Assembly: GCA_021432655.1 (NCBI GenBank)
Contig: MU271189.1
Coordinates: 124,001 to 180,704, forward strand
Length of the DNA: 56,704 nt
From: Atractiella rhizophila
Taxonomy: Eukaryota
Direction of reading: 5' to 3'
The notes under the pieces are model-generated. The model was not told the DNA's origin and made no database searches. It worked only from the letters and a program-made list of their open reading frames with translations. Of this stretch, positions 27,533 to 40,647 are shown in pieces. A program made the translations under genes and the position numbers. Each line of letters opens with the position of its first letter. Position 1 is the first letter of the stretch.

Positions 27533-28165
27533 GGTGGTTGTTTATCCTTATTCTGACTGTAGGAAACAATCAGATCTATTTGCACATGTCTTTAGTGACC
27601 ATCCTGCATCAGCATCACAGGACACTAGGACCTCAGACGGTATCGTGCCTCGTGCCAGCTGCAGCTGAAATGCAAACATTCCCCAGCGTGCTACCCTTGC
27701 CTGGAATAGGGACTCACCAATGGCTACTTGTGCAAATACTGTGAGCACTCCAGATATTCCCTATGCCTACGCCTGCGTAACTGCTGCAATATCGTCCTAT
27801 ATCACTCCAAGACTTGGTCAAGTGAGTGCTCTGGTTGACCGCCGTGCGGAAGTGTAGTGTGGAGAGACTAGCATCTACTCCTCCAACGACGAGGTGCTGG
27901 ACTTCTGCCCGTCGTTCTGCTGGTGAGTCCCTCATAGCCAACATACTTTTGTCCCTCATCATCCTATTATCTGCTCTTTCCATTCTTCTCATCATGTCTC
28001 CAAAAGAACACTACCCAATCTTCCAACCTTCGAAGCTCCGAACGCGAACCTCAACTTATTCCTATCCCAGCACCCTCCAACATTATCAAAAACCTTCAAC
28101 TCAACTCAACGACGGCACAGAGTGTAGCGCATCGGAGGCGTGTGTGTTGAAGATTGGTAGAGATC

Positions 28166-31100
28166 ATGTCATACGAAAGGGACAGGCCGCCGCATTACGA
28201 GAGGGAGAGGCATAGGTTCGATGACAGGGAGAGAAAGAGGGGTGGGAGCAGGAGCAGGAGTCCGCCTGATTATGGTACGTCTTTTTCTCGTTTTGTTCGT
28301 CTGTAGGTGCTGCTGGAGCTTTGTGCAAGATGGACGAGAGCATCGTTCCTTCGTTCGTGTAACATCAGTCATCCACTCTGATACCTATGTTCAGAGGAGA
28401 ATATTACATATCCTACCCTCTTCTCTCACTTGATACCTTCACATCATACACCCGTTACCTCAGATGTTTGAGACGGACTTCGGCCGATGCATGCATATTG
28501 TGGCGTTTTTCTTCGCGCGATGCGTTTCCGATTCCAATTTACTGTTGCTGTGTGCAATAATTGGAGAAGGCTTCCTTCCGAACATGACTTCTGTTTTCAT
28601 TCTAAACGCTCAACGAAAGCAGCGGAGTTGGTTTGCAGTGTCGCAATCGTTTCTCACGTCCCTTACATATTACATGCAGTGAACTCAACTGCGGTCTTAA
28701 TGATTTGCTTTGGAAGAGAGTCGTATTTCTGGATGACGCTCGACACTCGTTGACACACAGCGCGTTGATGAAGGTTGGACATGTGCAGCCAAGATTGATT
28801 TCTGACCTACTGTTTGATGGCGATTCTGGAAACAGAAAGAAGAAAACGGCGACGGTCCTCTTCGCCTCCTCGCGACCGGGACGGACGACGAGACTATTAT
28901 CGAGAGCGGGACTACTATGACGGAGGCTACGGCGGTGAGTTTGACTCTTTCTCCCATCCGTTCTTCCCTTCCGCCTTTCGCACGATTGAAAAGAGGGTGA
29001 TGGTGCAGGTGGAGGAAGAGGAGGACCGTACGATGGATATCGTGATGGTTGGGACGGACGTGGTGGAGGAGGGTTTAGGGATTATGGAGGTGGAGGGTAT
29101 GATAGAGGTGGATATGGGGGTGGTGGTTATGGACGGTACGTTGCTTTTGCAATGTTCACAGAGTGGACATTCATGTGTTTTTTTTTTTTTGTTGGAAATG
29201 ACAGACCGATGATGGACCCACCCTCTTCCTTCCCGTACCAAGTCACCTACCGTTATTTCAGCGAATACACCCGTCTACACAGTCCACATGTGTTCAACGA
29301 CAAAGTAGCATTACAAGACGAATGGAACAAGTATAAGCTGGAGAGGTTGCGATCGGCGTATTGGAAGTTCTTTGAAGAGTGGAAATCCAAACCTTGGTTC
29401 CAGGAGAGGTATTCGTTGGAAGACGAGTGGAAGGTGCCGAGGGAGGAGACGAGGAAGAAGGGGAGAGGGACGGAGAGGTTTTTGGAGGGGTTGGAGAGGG
29501 GAGAGTGGGATGGATTGTCTCTTGACTATGGTCCGTCATTTAAAGTGCATTGGATGACGAATACTGATGTTGTGTGGAATGAGGACAGAGCCGAAGAAGG
29601 AGGAAGATGTGCAGATGGATGATGCAAAAAAGGATGCACATGACTCTCAAGTTGGCGCTCAGGTAACTGAAAAAACGTCGGAAGATCAAAATCAAGAGAC
29701 GGATGCGAAGATGACTGCCGTCGAAGGTGACCCTCCTATTGAAGGACAAACGGAGATGGAAGCGGATGGGGAGGGCGAAGAAGAGAAGAAGGAAGAAGAA
29801 GACGAAAACAATGAAGCTCCTCATATCCCCTCTGCGGGGCCGAATGACGAACTGGTATTGGTCCCTGGATCTGCGAATACGCTTTTCATAAAAAGTATCT
29901 CGCCTGATTTGTCGAGAAAGGACTTGGAAGATGTATGTCATTCCCTAGCTCTTCCCAGTCATGACCATCCCCTTCCTTCTATTTTGATTATGTGGAAGGA
30001 GGCATTGATGATCCTGTTGTGGTTTGGATGGACAGCTCTGCAAAGACCTTGAGGGATTCGAATATCTTGCCCTGTCGGAGCCACATCCTGGAAAGAGGTT
30101 TCACCGAGTCGGTTGGGTGAGATTTAAGGAGGGTACAGACATGACTGTACCCCTGCAGAAGCTGTGCGAAGCCAAAGTAAGCTCTTTCACCTCGATCTCC
30201 TATCTCTTCCATCCCCTCCAACTCATCGACGCACGGATCGAATCTTACTTTGGTTTGGGCGATGGTCAGGTGAATGATTTTACCCTACATATGGTCCTCG
30301 GGGACAAACCGACCTATCAAAAGCTCCGTTTCACGCCTGGAAGTCTGAACGATCTGGCTAGGTTGGAGAAAGACTTGGAGGCGGTCAAGAAGTGGGTTGG
30401 ACTGTTTGAAAGTGAGGAAGGAGAGGACAGGAGGGGGAGTGAACGGATTGAAGGGTTTGTGAGGGAATGGAGGGAGAAGATGGATAAGGAGGCGGCGGAA
30501 AGGGGAGAGGAGGTGGATGAGGAAACGGCTAAGGTTGAGACTGTGCGTCTTTCCTTTTGGTGTATTTTGAGGAGAAGACGAATGTTTTATTTGTGGACAG
30601 ACGAAGAAGAGCCTCGATCTCTACGTTCAGTATCTCAGAACGGCTTACAACTCCTGTTATTACTGCGTCTGGTCGGCCGATTACCCTGAAGAACTGGCGA
30701 GGAGATGCGTGAAACATGTTAGGAGAAAGAAGGAGACGGAAGAAGAAAAAAAGAGGGACGAGGAGCAGAATGGAAAGCCTGGATTCAGGTCCAGGAAGGA
30801 AAAAACTGGTCAGTGTCTGTCTTCAGACGTTGTGTGATCTTGAACGAAAGTGTGATACTAGAGACGTTGTATCCCAAAAATTTGGATGAAAAACTCGCAC
30901 TGGTCATCAGCCGAGATGAGATAGACCCAAAGGATTATGGAGGAGAGAACTTAGACGAGTAAGTTTTCTCCCCCATCATACAAGCGACGCTCATGACTTT
31001 CTGTGTCATAAGGGAACTGCACAAACTCTGCATTCCTTATGTGAAGCATGAAGACGAAGGCAAGTTCAGGTGCAAGGTCAAAGAATGCAACAAGCTCTTC

Positions 31101-31673
31101 AAGGCCCTCAATTTCATCGAGAAGCACATCGCGAACAAACATCCCGAAATCTTAGGCGACCGACTTGAAAAGGTTAGTCCTTTCCACCTCCTCCATCCTT
31201 GCTGCTGTTATTAGGTCACTTATGCGCGATGATGGCATGGACAGCTCAAATACTTCAACGCCTACGCCCTCGACCCCTCCCACGTCGTCCCTCCCCAAAA
31301 CCCAACCTCCGATCACGCGAACACACAATTCGCTTCTAACGCGTCTATGTTCCCCCCTCCGATGATGAACCCTATGATGTTTCCGTTCAACTTTGGCGCC
31401 ATGCCCTTCTATCCAAATCCAATGTCCATGATGGGAGGCGGTGGTGGCGGAGGCAGGGATCGAGACAGGGATAGGGATAGGGACGATGGGAGGAGGAGGG
31501 AGAAACGCCAGAGGAGGGATGATGGACCGCCGGGTGGGAGCCTCATCAATCGTCTGGATAGACCTCCGCCTGGTCATACTGGAAGAGACCCGAGAGCGGA
31601 AAGGGTGAAGAGTTATCATGATCTCGACACTGCACCTCAAGGAGATACTGGGGAAGTCGTCTTGAATTACTGA
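28166..31673 (+). CDS. SRRT: ARS2/Serrate RNA effector (cap-binding complex partner)
   Basis: RS/RD-rich N-terminus MSYERDRPP..RSRSPPDY|ERRKRRRSSSPP; WFQERY; RRM-like NTLFIKSISPDLSRKDLE, ALSEPHPGKRFHRVGWV; YLRTAYNSCYYC; C2H2 KFRCKVKECNKLFKALNFIEKHIANKHPE; terminal SYHDLD. Confidence 0.9.
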
Positions 31674-32327
31674 GGTTCGCAGATGTGGTGGGCGGGAAAT
31701 CGCGTTTCATGCTTTTTTTGTCTATGAATGTTCAATGCATCGTTCTACCACATTTTGGTCTCCCATACCCAAGAGATTTCCTGTGTCATGTAAGCAAAAG
31801 GTAAGAAAGAATTTGAGACGGCCAACTGATTGATTGCCGTACCGATACCGCTCTATGTCTCCGTATTGAACGGGCCATTTAGCATGGATAAACATTATTG
31901 TGGCATTGGGAGGGAGCTGTCGTTCGATGGGGAAACTTGAAGAGGATCGTGTCACATGACCTATTCATTGGGCGTGGCGTCGTCAAGGAGGAGAATGAAG
32001 GTCATTTCCAGACGTCTCCAAGCTTGTCAATCTTTCACGAGTTGCCATCGCGTTCCATGTGCACGCCGTCGACCGTCCTCGTACTTACCCCAGCCTTCAT
32101 TACGCTAATGCTCAAAACGACCAGGCGCTGTCAATTCGCCTCCTTTGCGAGAGCTGGCGTTTGGCGGAGGCTTTTCTAAGAAGCAGTGTCTTCTCTCTTC
32201 TCGTCGCTCTCTCAATCTGCTCTGTCTTAGTACGAGCTTCGCTGCTGTTGTGTTTGTATTTTGCTATCAAGTTGTCCTATAAGTTATCGTGGATTGTGGA
32301 TCGAAAGATTGAAGGCGAGAGCAAGAG

Positions 32328-35300
32328 ATGGAGAAGGTCAACTCACGCAGTAGCGATATTTTACCTTACATTCACAGGCAAGAAAGCACTTTTTCTCGCG
32401 TTGGCACGATACGCACCGATCGGGATGTGGAGGAGGGCAGGTTGATATCTCGTCAGTAAACCCTCTATCTGATCCTCTTTAGAGAATTTGAGCAACTAAT
32501 AAGAAAGTGAACAGATCGCAGTCCTTCTCCTCCGTTGCCACCTCTCCCTCCAGCCACCCGCACCCGCAACCCCATCAAGCGTTTCCTCAACCCAAGTCCT
32601 CCACCAGACGGAAGCCGACCCAAGTTCTACCGCACCCGCAAATGCCGAATCTGGACCTGTGCCCTCTTCCCCTTGGTCTCCATCGGGTTCACCTTTCTCA
32701 TCCTATTCCTCTCCGTCCGAGCCATCGCCAACGCCACCCTCAAGAAGGCCCGCCTGGAGGTGGAGAGCGCTGTGATCAGCAACGCAACGGATGCGAGCTT
32801 CGGTTTACAAATGCAAGGGAAGGTGACGAACACAGGCGTCTTTGGCGCTAAGATCACTTTCTCCCAGCCAGTGGACGTGTTTTGGACACCGGAGGACGAT
32901 GGAAAGACCAATTTGCAGAAGATTGGCACCTTCCAACTTAGGACGTTGAACGCGGCAGGTGGAGAGGCAAAGTTGAACCAGTCCTCGGTTTTCGCTGTTG
33001 AGCAGGCATTTGGTGACTTTGCAGCGTTTTTGTTGACTCAACCAGAGTTCGAATGGACGCTGAAGACCGGGGGTGTGAATGTGCTCGCATTGGGGTTCTT
33101 GAAGGCTAACGGTTTGTCGATGACGAAACGAGTCAAATTTGAGGGGATAAACAACTTCTTTCCATCTGATAAAGAGGTGAAGGATGGAACAGCGTCCAAG
33201 CCTCGAATCACCGGTTTCGACTTACCTTCTGACGCCACGAATGGAGAAGGCATCCAATTTCAAGCGACAGCGGTCCTCTTCAACCCGTCCCCTTTCGCCG
33301 TCCAACTCGGAACGTTGGAGCTGGACCTCTTCTCTTCCGCCTCTAACTCCACCTCCTCTTCCAATTCCTCCTCACCCCTTTTCCTCGGCAGCGCCGCCTC
33401 CACCTCTTCCGTATCCCTTGTTCCCGGTAACAATTCGGTTCCAGTCACTGGCTCCCTCGTCCCCCAAAATACGACCGCAGGCTTGAGCACAATGTCAGGC
33501 ATCTTCTCAGCCTTTCTTGCAGGAGAAGAGAGCGCGATCACGGCGAAGAACTTGAGAATTTCGGAGGATGTTAGTTGGTTGAATGAAGGAATGAAAGCGC
33601 TACAGATTGATACGACGTTGAAAGCGGAGAAGTCGTTTGAGGTCGTTAAGAGCTTGAGTCTGGATAGTATGAGCGTCACAATGCTGAATGATGGAGATGC
33701 TTATGCCCCAGGACTTGGGAGTGATGTTAGCTCTACCTATCAGGTGAGTTCTCCTTTGGCTCATTGATGCGAACATAAACTGATAGGAGGTTAGAATCCG
33801 GTTGGTATTACTTTGTTCTAACACGAAACTGAAGCTGATGAGATGACAAGTTCGGGTTTTCCCTTCAACCCCTCTCCATAGCCCTCACATCCACCCTCAC
33901 CCGCTCCAACCAGTCCATCGCCACCCTCTCTGTACCACTCACTAAAGTCTCGTCTGCCGGTTTGTTATCTAATATTCGGCTTTATTTAGCATCAACCTAA
34001 TCTCATCGAGCAGGAACCTCGACGGGGGACGTCCAGCCACTAGCCTTCAGTTTTACTGGCCAGTCATTGGTTGCCATTAAAGGGGCAGAATCAAACTTTG
34101 ATGCCTTCTTCCGAACGCTCACTAACACCGATGGTGTCACGGTTGGACTTGGAGGGAATGTTTCGGGTTCGTCCCCTTGCACTCGTTCTGAAGGGAAACA
34201 CTGATGAGAGGTGGGTTAGTGCTTGCCCGTACGAAGATTGGGGATGTCACCATTCAGGGAATACCGCTTGTGAACCTACAGACGCGTTTGAAAGGCATCA
34301 ATGGGTTCGCGGGAAAAGCTGAGATTGATGGTACGCCGGTGGTCTTGGGAAGTGGCAACAGTGGAGGGGAAGATTTTATTCGGTGATCCTATTTCCTCCT
34401 ATATTTCAGCAGAGAGCAGCACCAACTCATCTGAATGGTTAGTATACAAACGAACGTGGTCCTGAACAACCCTTCCGACATCTCACTCCAGAGCAAGGGT
34501 GTCTCGTTCGATGTCGCATTTAAGGGAACAAAGATTGGGACAGCTGTGGTGGATACCCTTGCATTGAAGCCTGGAAAGAATACCCTGGCTGCAGAGTTAC
34601 ACTACGCGTTCGTCCCTCCATTTGGTAAACCATTGAAGCAAGCATGAAACTAATGCCAACGTGCAGGCCAGATGACCCCTCTGATCCAAATGGTCTAGAG
34701 CTACTCAACACTTTCATCCAAACCACCAACACCATTCCCATCTCAATCACCGGCAGCTCTTCGTCTTCCCCATTCTCTTCTCTCTCTAGTGCTCTCCAAC
34801 CACTCTCCATGGACTCCTCATTTGCAGGAATAGGCCAAAAACTCCTGACCAATCTTGATGTTTTCTTGAATCTGGAGAACGCGGCATGCAACGCGGACAC
34901 GAGCCTTACTTTCTCTGTGTGTTCTCTCATCTACTCTTCGTGCTGAGAATGTTAGTGACTCGTGGCGGCTCTGTTCGGGATATTTAGGTTGACAATAATG
35001 CTGCTCAAGCTCCCCTCATCTTTGAGCAGGTATCCTTCAACGGCGTTCTCAAGGGGTGTCCCGTCGCATCAGGGACGCATGATTTCAGTACGCAGCTTGT
35101 CGCGCAGCCAACAAAAGAGGCGTACGTCCCTCTCTGCATTTTCGCCAGTATCCTCCAACAAATCTTGAAACTCATTTGGACTGAACTGGCAGCACCTCGG
35201 AAGTGGTACAAGGCGTATCACTTACACAAAAGCTGCTTGGTTCTTTGAGTCTGCTTTTCAATAATCAACTCGACATATCTACTACTAGCACCATCAGGAT

Positions 35301-35720
35301 TGGGGAGAATGGATACAAAATTCCGGGATTGAAGTTCAGCCAGGATGGGGTGGGCTACACAATTCATTTGACTACTTGTGCGTTTTCTTCAGCCTCGTAT
35401 ATATAATGATCTGATGCATGCGTGAATTGTAGCTTCGGGAACGCAGGTCGTAAATGGGGATATTAACTTCTTTTCGCTTTTTACTCAGTGCGTTACCAAC
35501 CGCTTCTCCTCCTTTCTGCTTCTAACCCGCGTCCTGCTCCTAACTTTGTTCTCAAATAGGTTGTTTACCAGTCTACCATGTCTACTGTATGTGTCCTCTT
35601 TCTTGTGCAGCTGATAAAATGGATGTGCTGACGCTGTGGCTGGAAAGGGATGGGAGCTCCGGTGGTATAGCGGATATCATCGATACCTTGAAGACTGGCA
35701 CTGGTTGTGAATCTGTATAA
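32328..35720 (+). CDS. Single-pass membrane protein with repeated DUF3712/Ig-like (Tag1-like) domains
   Basis: N-terminal TM, GKVTNTG, KFEGINNF, LFNPSPFAVQLGTL, YQ|NP|FGF, LKGINGF, LNNPSDISL, LKPGKNTL. Start and last exon inferred from splice sites. Confidence 0.8.
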
Positions 35721-35795
35721 CTAGGTTTTGTGAAAGGATACCCGCACACCTATTTGAGTGGCATCTCTGCACATATAAACGGAGGATTGCAGTGT
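35653..35795 (+). repeat. Direct repeat copy A (about 143 bp; last exon and 3' flank of the DUF3712 gene)
   Basis: About the first 98 bp are identical to 37461 onward; the remainder has a few differences. Confidence 0.95.
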
Positions 35796-36081
35796 AGGAA
35801 GCATAAAGATATGCATTATACACTCACTTGCCTTGAGGAGCAAGTGTGTCGCCGATCACCATTAGATTCAGCATTTAGCTCGTTCACTGGTCAAGCGTAC
35901 GCACCCGATACTGATGATGACACAGCGGGACGGTCAAAGTTGGTCGCAGTTTGTTGCAGGTCAATAATGCACTATCAGCAGTATCTAATGATAATATAAT
36001 GTCAGTATCTTAAGGAATCATGTCATTCGAATATCTACACTGCGTTTCATTGCTACCACTTTCATCAAAACAAGGCAGCTC

Positions 36082-37462
36082 TCAATCGTCCACATACTTC
36101 GCTGCTCCGTCATTCATCTGCTTCCACTCCAAGTTCTTCAACGACTCCTCCATCACATTACCCATGAAATCATGAGTCTGCATCTTCTCCCACGCGTCTC
36201 TCTCCTCCTTCACCGTTACCATATTGGGACGGTCCAAAGAATCTTCATGTGTGATGGCGCAACAGAGCGTCAACAACAACTCGGATACCAGCTCCGCGAA
36301 CGGAACAGTACTGATATATAAGTTTCGTGCCAGGTTACAGTTAAACATATCGAATTTGGCCGTGTACGCATCCGTGATGGTATCCTTGGGATCAAAAGAT
36401 TTGAGCCGACTGGCGCGTTCGTCCTTCGTTAGAGCAGTAGGTCCGTGCCGGATGATCACCCACACGAGGACGTGAAGAAACGATTGGATGTCGTCGCTAA
36501 CAAGGTGCGCGCGATGACCATTCTTCAATAGTCGGTGAGACAGGAATTGGAACGTCCCCTGAATGACGGTAGGCAAATGTTCTCATTCAGCCAAAAGGAA
36601 CGTACAATTCTCTCCAGAGCCCGTGCTTCAACGTGGTCTTTGACTTTTGCCAATTCCCAATCAATAAGCAGTCCACGAACCTCGTCGCCCGACCGGATGA
36701 GGAGTATGTTTCCAAAAGATACGTCTCGATGGAGAATCTCAGCTTTCTCGACCGCGTCGCGATGAGCTACAATCCGTCAAAGTCGGTCTAAGTGAAAATG
36801 GAGCAAAACAAGAACGTGCCGGTAAAAGCATCAGACATCACTTTTACCAGCTCCCAAGTCGACTTGAACCGATTTAACTGCTCTCCCACCTCTTCTAATA
36901 CGATCCGATAGTGCCTCAGCTTTCGACCACCCGTCCCTTCCGCAAATTGGAGAGAATTCTGGTCATCGACGTCCCCATGGCAGACGACGGTTGCAATGTT
37001 CCTTACTTGTTTCGATCTCAAAATTTCATAAACATCTCCCTCCTTCCCATATTCCTCCTTCCTCCAAGTGTCCTTCAAGAGAACGACCTTCTTCTCTTTG
37101 ACCCAGTAAGCATGATAGCAACGAGTGCCACGACCGACAGGCCAACGATGACTACTTGTGAAAGGCTGGGCAAAGATAAATGTTTCGGTATCGACGATGA
37201 CCTGAAAGAGATCAGCCTCCTCCTCCAATCCCAGAGCCTTCCTCGCGTTCGCAGCAACCTTCTTTCCCTTTACACGCTGCAGCGATGTGTCGTGTCCCCT
37301 AGCGGACTCAGGCGCGTGACTAAAGCGCCAGAGAAATTCACCAAGGTGATTTTCCGGGCCATTGATCTCAAAGGCATGCGACACTCGAGTTCCAGCTCGG
37401 GAATGGCATAGTAGGCGAGCTGTGGTGGACTGAACGTAGAACGAGAAGACGCGAGTTCGTGG
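36082..37462 (-). pseudogene. 5'-truncated fungal-type protein kinase (FunK1/Pkinase_fungal)
   Basis: [60 protein letters not shown]; highly similar to 46273-47650; lacks the N-terminal part; retains introns. Confidence 0.85.
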
Positions 37463-37607
37463 AGCTCCGGTGGTATAGCGGATATCATCGATACCTTGAA
37501 GACTGGCACTGGTTGTGAATCTGTATAACTAGGTTTTGTGAAAGGATACCCGCACACCAATTTGAGTGGCATCTCGGACTGCATATATAAGCGGAGGATT
37601 GCAGTGT
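37461..37607 (+). repeat. Direct repeat copy B
   Basis: Duplicate of 35653-35795. Confidence 0.95.
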
Positions 37608-40600
37608 CGGCTGAGAAAAGGATTGTTGGCTGGGAGGGAGAGCAGTCTTGTGATTTGTGATTACTATTACCGAGCTTCCCTTTTCATGCATTGCATGGTC
37701 GAAAAGGCATCGATTGTCCCGTCATTGGTTCTACCTAGCCCTATCTCCCTCCCTATAACAGGTGTCAGTATCTCAGCGAAAATGTGAATACAAATATAAG
37801 GATAAGCGAAGAGAGCATATCAGTATCTTCTGACTGACAGTCGCAATAGCTTCCAGCCCACGGATACATCCTGCCCTCTTCTCCGCGAATGCAGGTTCAC
37901 TTGTACAAATGTATCTCCAGAGAAGCACTCTTGGCATCTTCCTTCGACCGCTTCTGCGCAAAGCAAACCATTCCCACACAATAAAAACACGCACCATGCT
38001 TTAGACCTTCAAAATCCTTATCCCCTCTCCAGTTTCCACTCATCCACGCACCTTCGAGGTTATTGAAGCGACGAAAAAGCGCGCGGGACAGTCAACAGTA
38101 GCTGAGCCGTTGGACGGTGGGATAGCGATGGATAGTGACAATTGAGGAGAAAGATGGAGTGAAGGGATGGCGTCATCGTGGATTAAAGGGTTGGTGTTGG
38201 GAACCTCGCTGTGAAGGTTGATTGCGCTGTTTCTGTTGCAAACTGGGTACAGAACAAAATGTTAGAAACAGAAAATAGCTTACAGCTACATCTTGTGCTA
38301 TCTATCCTTATCGACGAGCAATTTATTCGACTCAAAAGCAAGTCCTTTCATCGCGGCGGCTCCAACGTGATTTCGACGGAAATTGAAGCTTCACATGGAA
38401 TTTCAGCTTTCTAAACGTAATATAAGCATAAAGCACATACCTTCGATGGACCTGATATGCATTCCAATGGCATTGCTTCAATATTTTCTGATTGCAACAA
38501 ATGAGCCACTTTCCCCCATTCAAATGAAATTACTTTCCTCCACTTGATACAGAGGAGATAGCATACCTTGCAACTAGCTTTTCCAGACCTGAGGACATTT
38601 CAAAAGCCATCCTCCTGGGAACACTCTGTCGTCGTTGTCGCCATTGAAAGACGTTTCCTTAGTGCGGTCGATTTTTCAGGATTATTCTGTAGTTTCGTTG
38701 TGGTAGGACGTTTCCATGATAGTTGTGGTATAATTGAAGGGGACTGACGAGGAGATGGAGGGTGATGTCGGCGCTTGCGATAGTCACATGATGAGAACCT
38801 CAAAATGATGCCTCTGCTTCTACTTCTACTCTCTCGCGCGAGACTCTCGCGCGAGAGAACGGTTGTCTCTTTGATGATCACGTGATTTGAGAGTTTTGGA
38901 CGCTCCGATGGGAGCCTGTGCTAGAAATCATCGAATAAAATTCCAGAAAGTGTACACATGATGAATAGAAAACGAATCAAAGTCAATCGCGCATTGAAAG
39001 ACGAGGTAAGATCGGTAAGGCGAGAAAAGGCCCAAGAGGAACGAGTTGGGGAGCGAGCGAATTAAAGTTCTTCTGGTGTGCGCCAACGAACGTCCATCGC
39101 CACCTCCCTTCTGGGGCGATCCTCCAAAGCCAAAGCCAGTCGATCAAACCCTCTCGTACCGGTACCCTTGCTCTTGTTACTCTATATTCTGCGTCTCTGG
39201 CCTTGTCTGTTTTCTTCTTCGTCTTCGTCTTCGTCTACGTCTCTAGAGCCTTTTTGATGGGGTGGGGGTTGGCATCACCCCTTCGAATTCGCCGTGTCCG
39301 GAATTTGGCCCCTGCGTAAAGGATTCAAGACCGATCGAGTACGGATCTCGCTCTTGATGTGCGGACGTAGTGCTAGACTCTGAAGAGTCCCCGTAGGCGG
39401 AATCGCGAAGGCGCCTGACGGAGCATGGGGGGTCTTGAACGGTATTCTTGATGGGTGTCATCTACCAATGTTCGTCCTTGCTTTCCTGCCACAGTCGAGA
39501 AGAGGATAGGAGTGACTAAATGTGTTAGAGAAGGGGAAACGAAAGAGGTATCTGAGGATCAGTAGCGTTAGCTTCGAATCTTGTTCGCCTCAATTAACAA
39601 ACGTTGTCAAATTTGCAATCGCTATTCATCCGTCCTATTCCTTGCGCCTTCTCCCTTCTTGATCCTGGAGAAGCTGTTTGGAAAGAATGGTCGAAGTGTA
39701 ACAGCGTAGACAGTTGAATATGAGGATGAGCTTGGGTAGAAAAGCATGAGAACGTATTGTGGACTGTTGGTGAGCTTTATGTCCCTTTGCGTGCCTAGTT
39801 CTTGTCAGTCGCTTGAGATCGTTGTGACATTTTCAGCTTCCTTCAACTATGGTCTCTACTTTGACCTGTGTTGCGGTCTACTTGTGATCTGAACGGACAG
39901 ATATTTGTCCTGTGGTTTCGCAGACAGAGCGAAGAGAATGCACATCTGAGAAAGCATAGAACAGACTGACAATCAGATGTTATGCTCGATGTTTTCAATC
40001 ATTGATGGTAGATGGGAAAGTTCATTCCTACGACAATGTTTTGGTTGTTGCAAAGAGAAGAGCTTTGAAAGATGAACGGAGCCAGTGTCGCCACAGTAAA
40101 CTTGATGAGACGAGTACTGTGTCGCCAGAAATGCAACCATGAAACTTGCGCAGAAGTAAAGATGTGGAATGTAACTGTATGTACTTTCTAAAGGATCCGT
40201 TCACTCCGCCCGTTGTGCACAGCAAGAATGGCGAAAGAGCAGCTGTTGTATCAAAGCCGTTGCTGAGCACACGAGGGCTCGCATTCATGATCGCAACAGC
40301 CTCGAGAGAAAGGAAGTATATGTACTAGTTGGCGAGGTAGGAAGCTTTGCAGATCCCGCCCATTAAACTCTAGCCTTTCTGTGTGGTTTGCGGTCTCGTT
40401 GAGGATTGCTAAGATGAGTGAAAAGGCACGTGATAGCTACCATTTCTTGTTGAAGCGAGAAGTCGTGATAGACAAAAGCACAGGAACTCGACGGACGTCA
40501 TGTTAGTTCCAATTATTGAACACCCACTGATTGGTTAGAACCTGAGGGGCCAGCTGAACAGACTTCGTTGATATCTCTTCCTCTCTCGGTTTTGTTGTAC

Positions 40601-40647
40601 TTCAGCTCAATTTTCGTAGAGAGGTCTTTGACACGAGCAAGTATCAT

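Noticed and set aside
25192..27585. Several overlapping alternative-frame and antisense ORFs
   Set aside because: Shadows of the LRR gene's biased composition
27714..27995. 93-aa minus-strand ORF upstream of the LRR gene
   Set aside because: No recognisable motif and no convincing splice to the LRR gene
28765..28805. TTGATGA...CTGA as a C/D snoRNA in the ARS2 intron
   Set aside because: Only about 40 nt, no terminal stem, and the CTGA is the branch point
31430..31520. GGC/GATAGG short repeats
   Set aside because: Low-complexity Gly and Arg-Asp coding sequence of ARS2; not a CRISPR array or satellite
39046..39461. Minus-strand coding-like sequence with a GAAGAC repeat
   Set aside because: Multiple stops and no recognisable family; possibly a relic but unsupported
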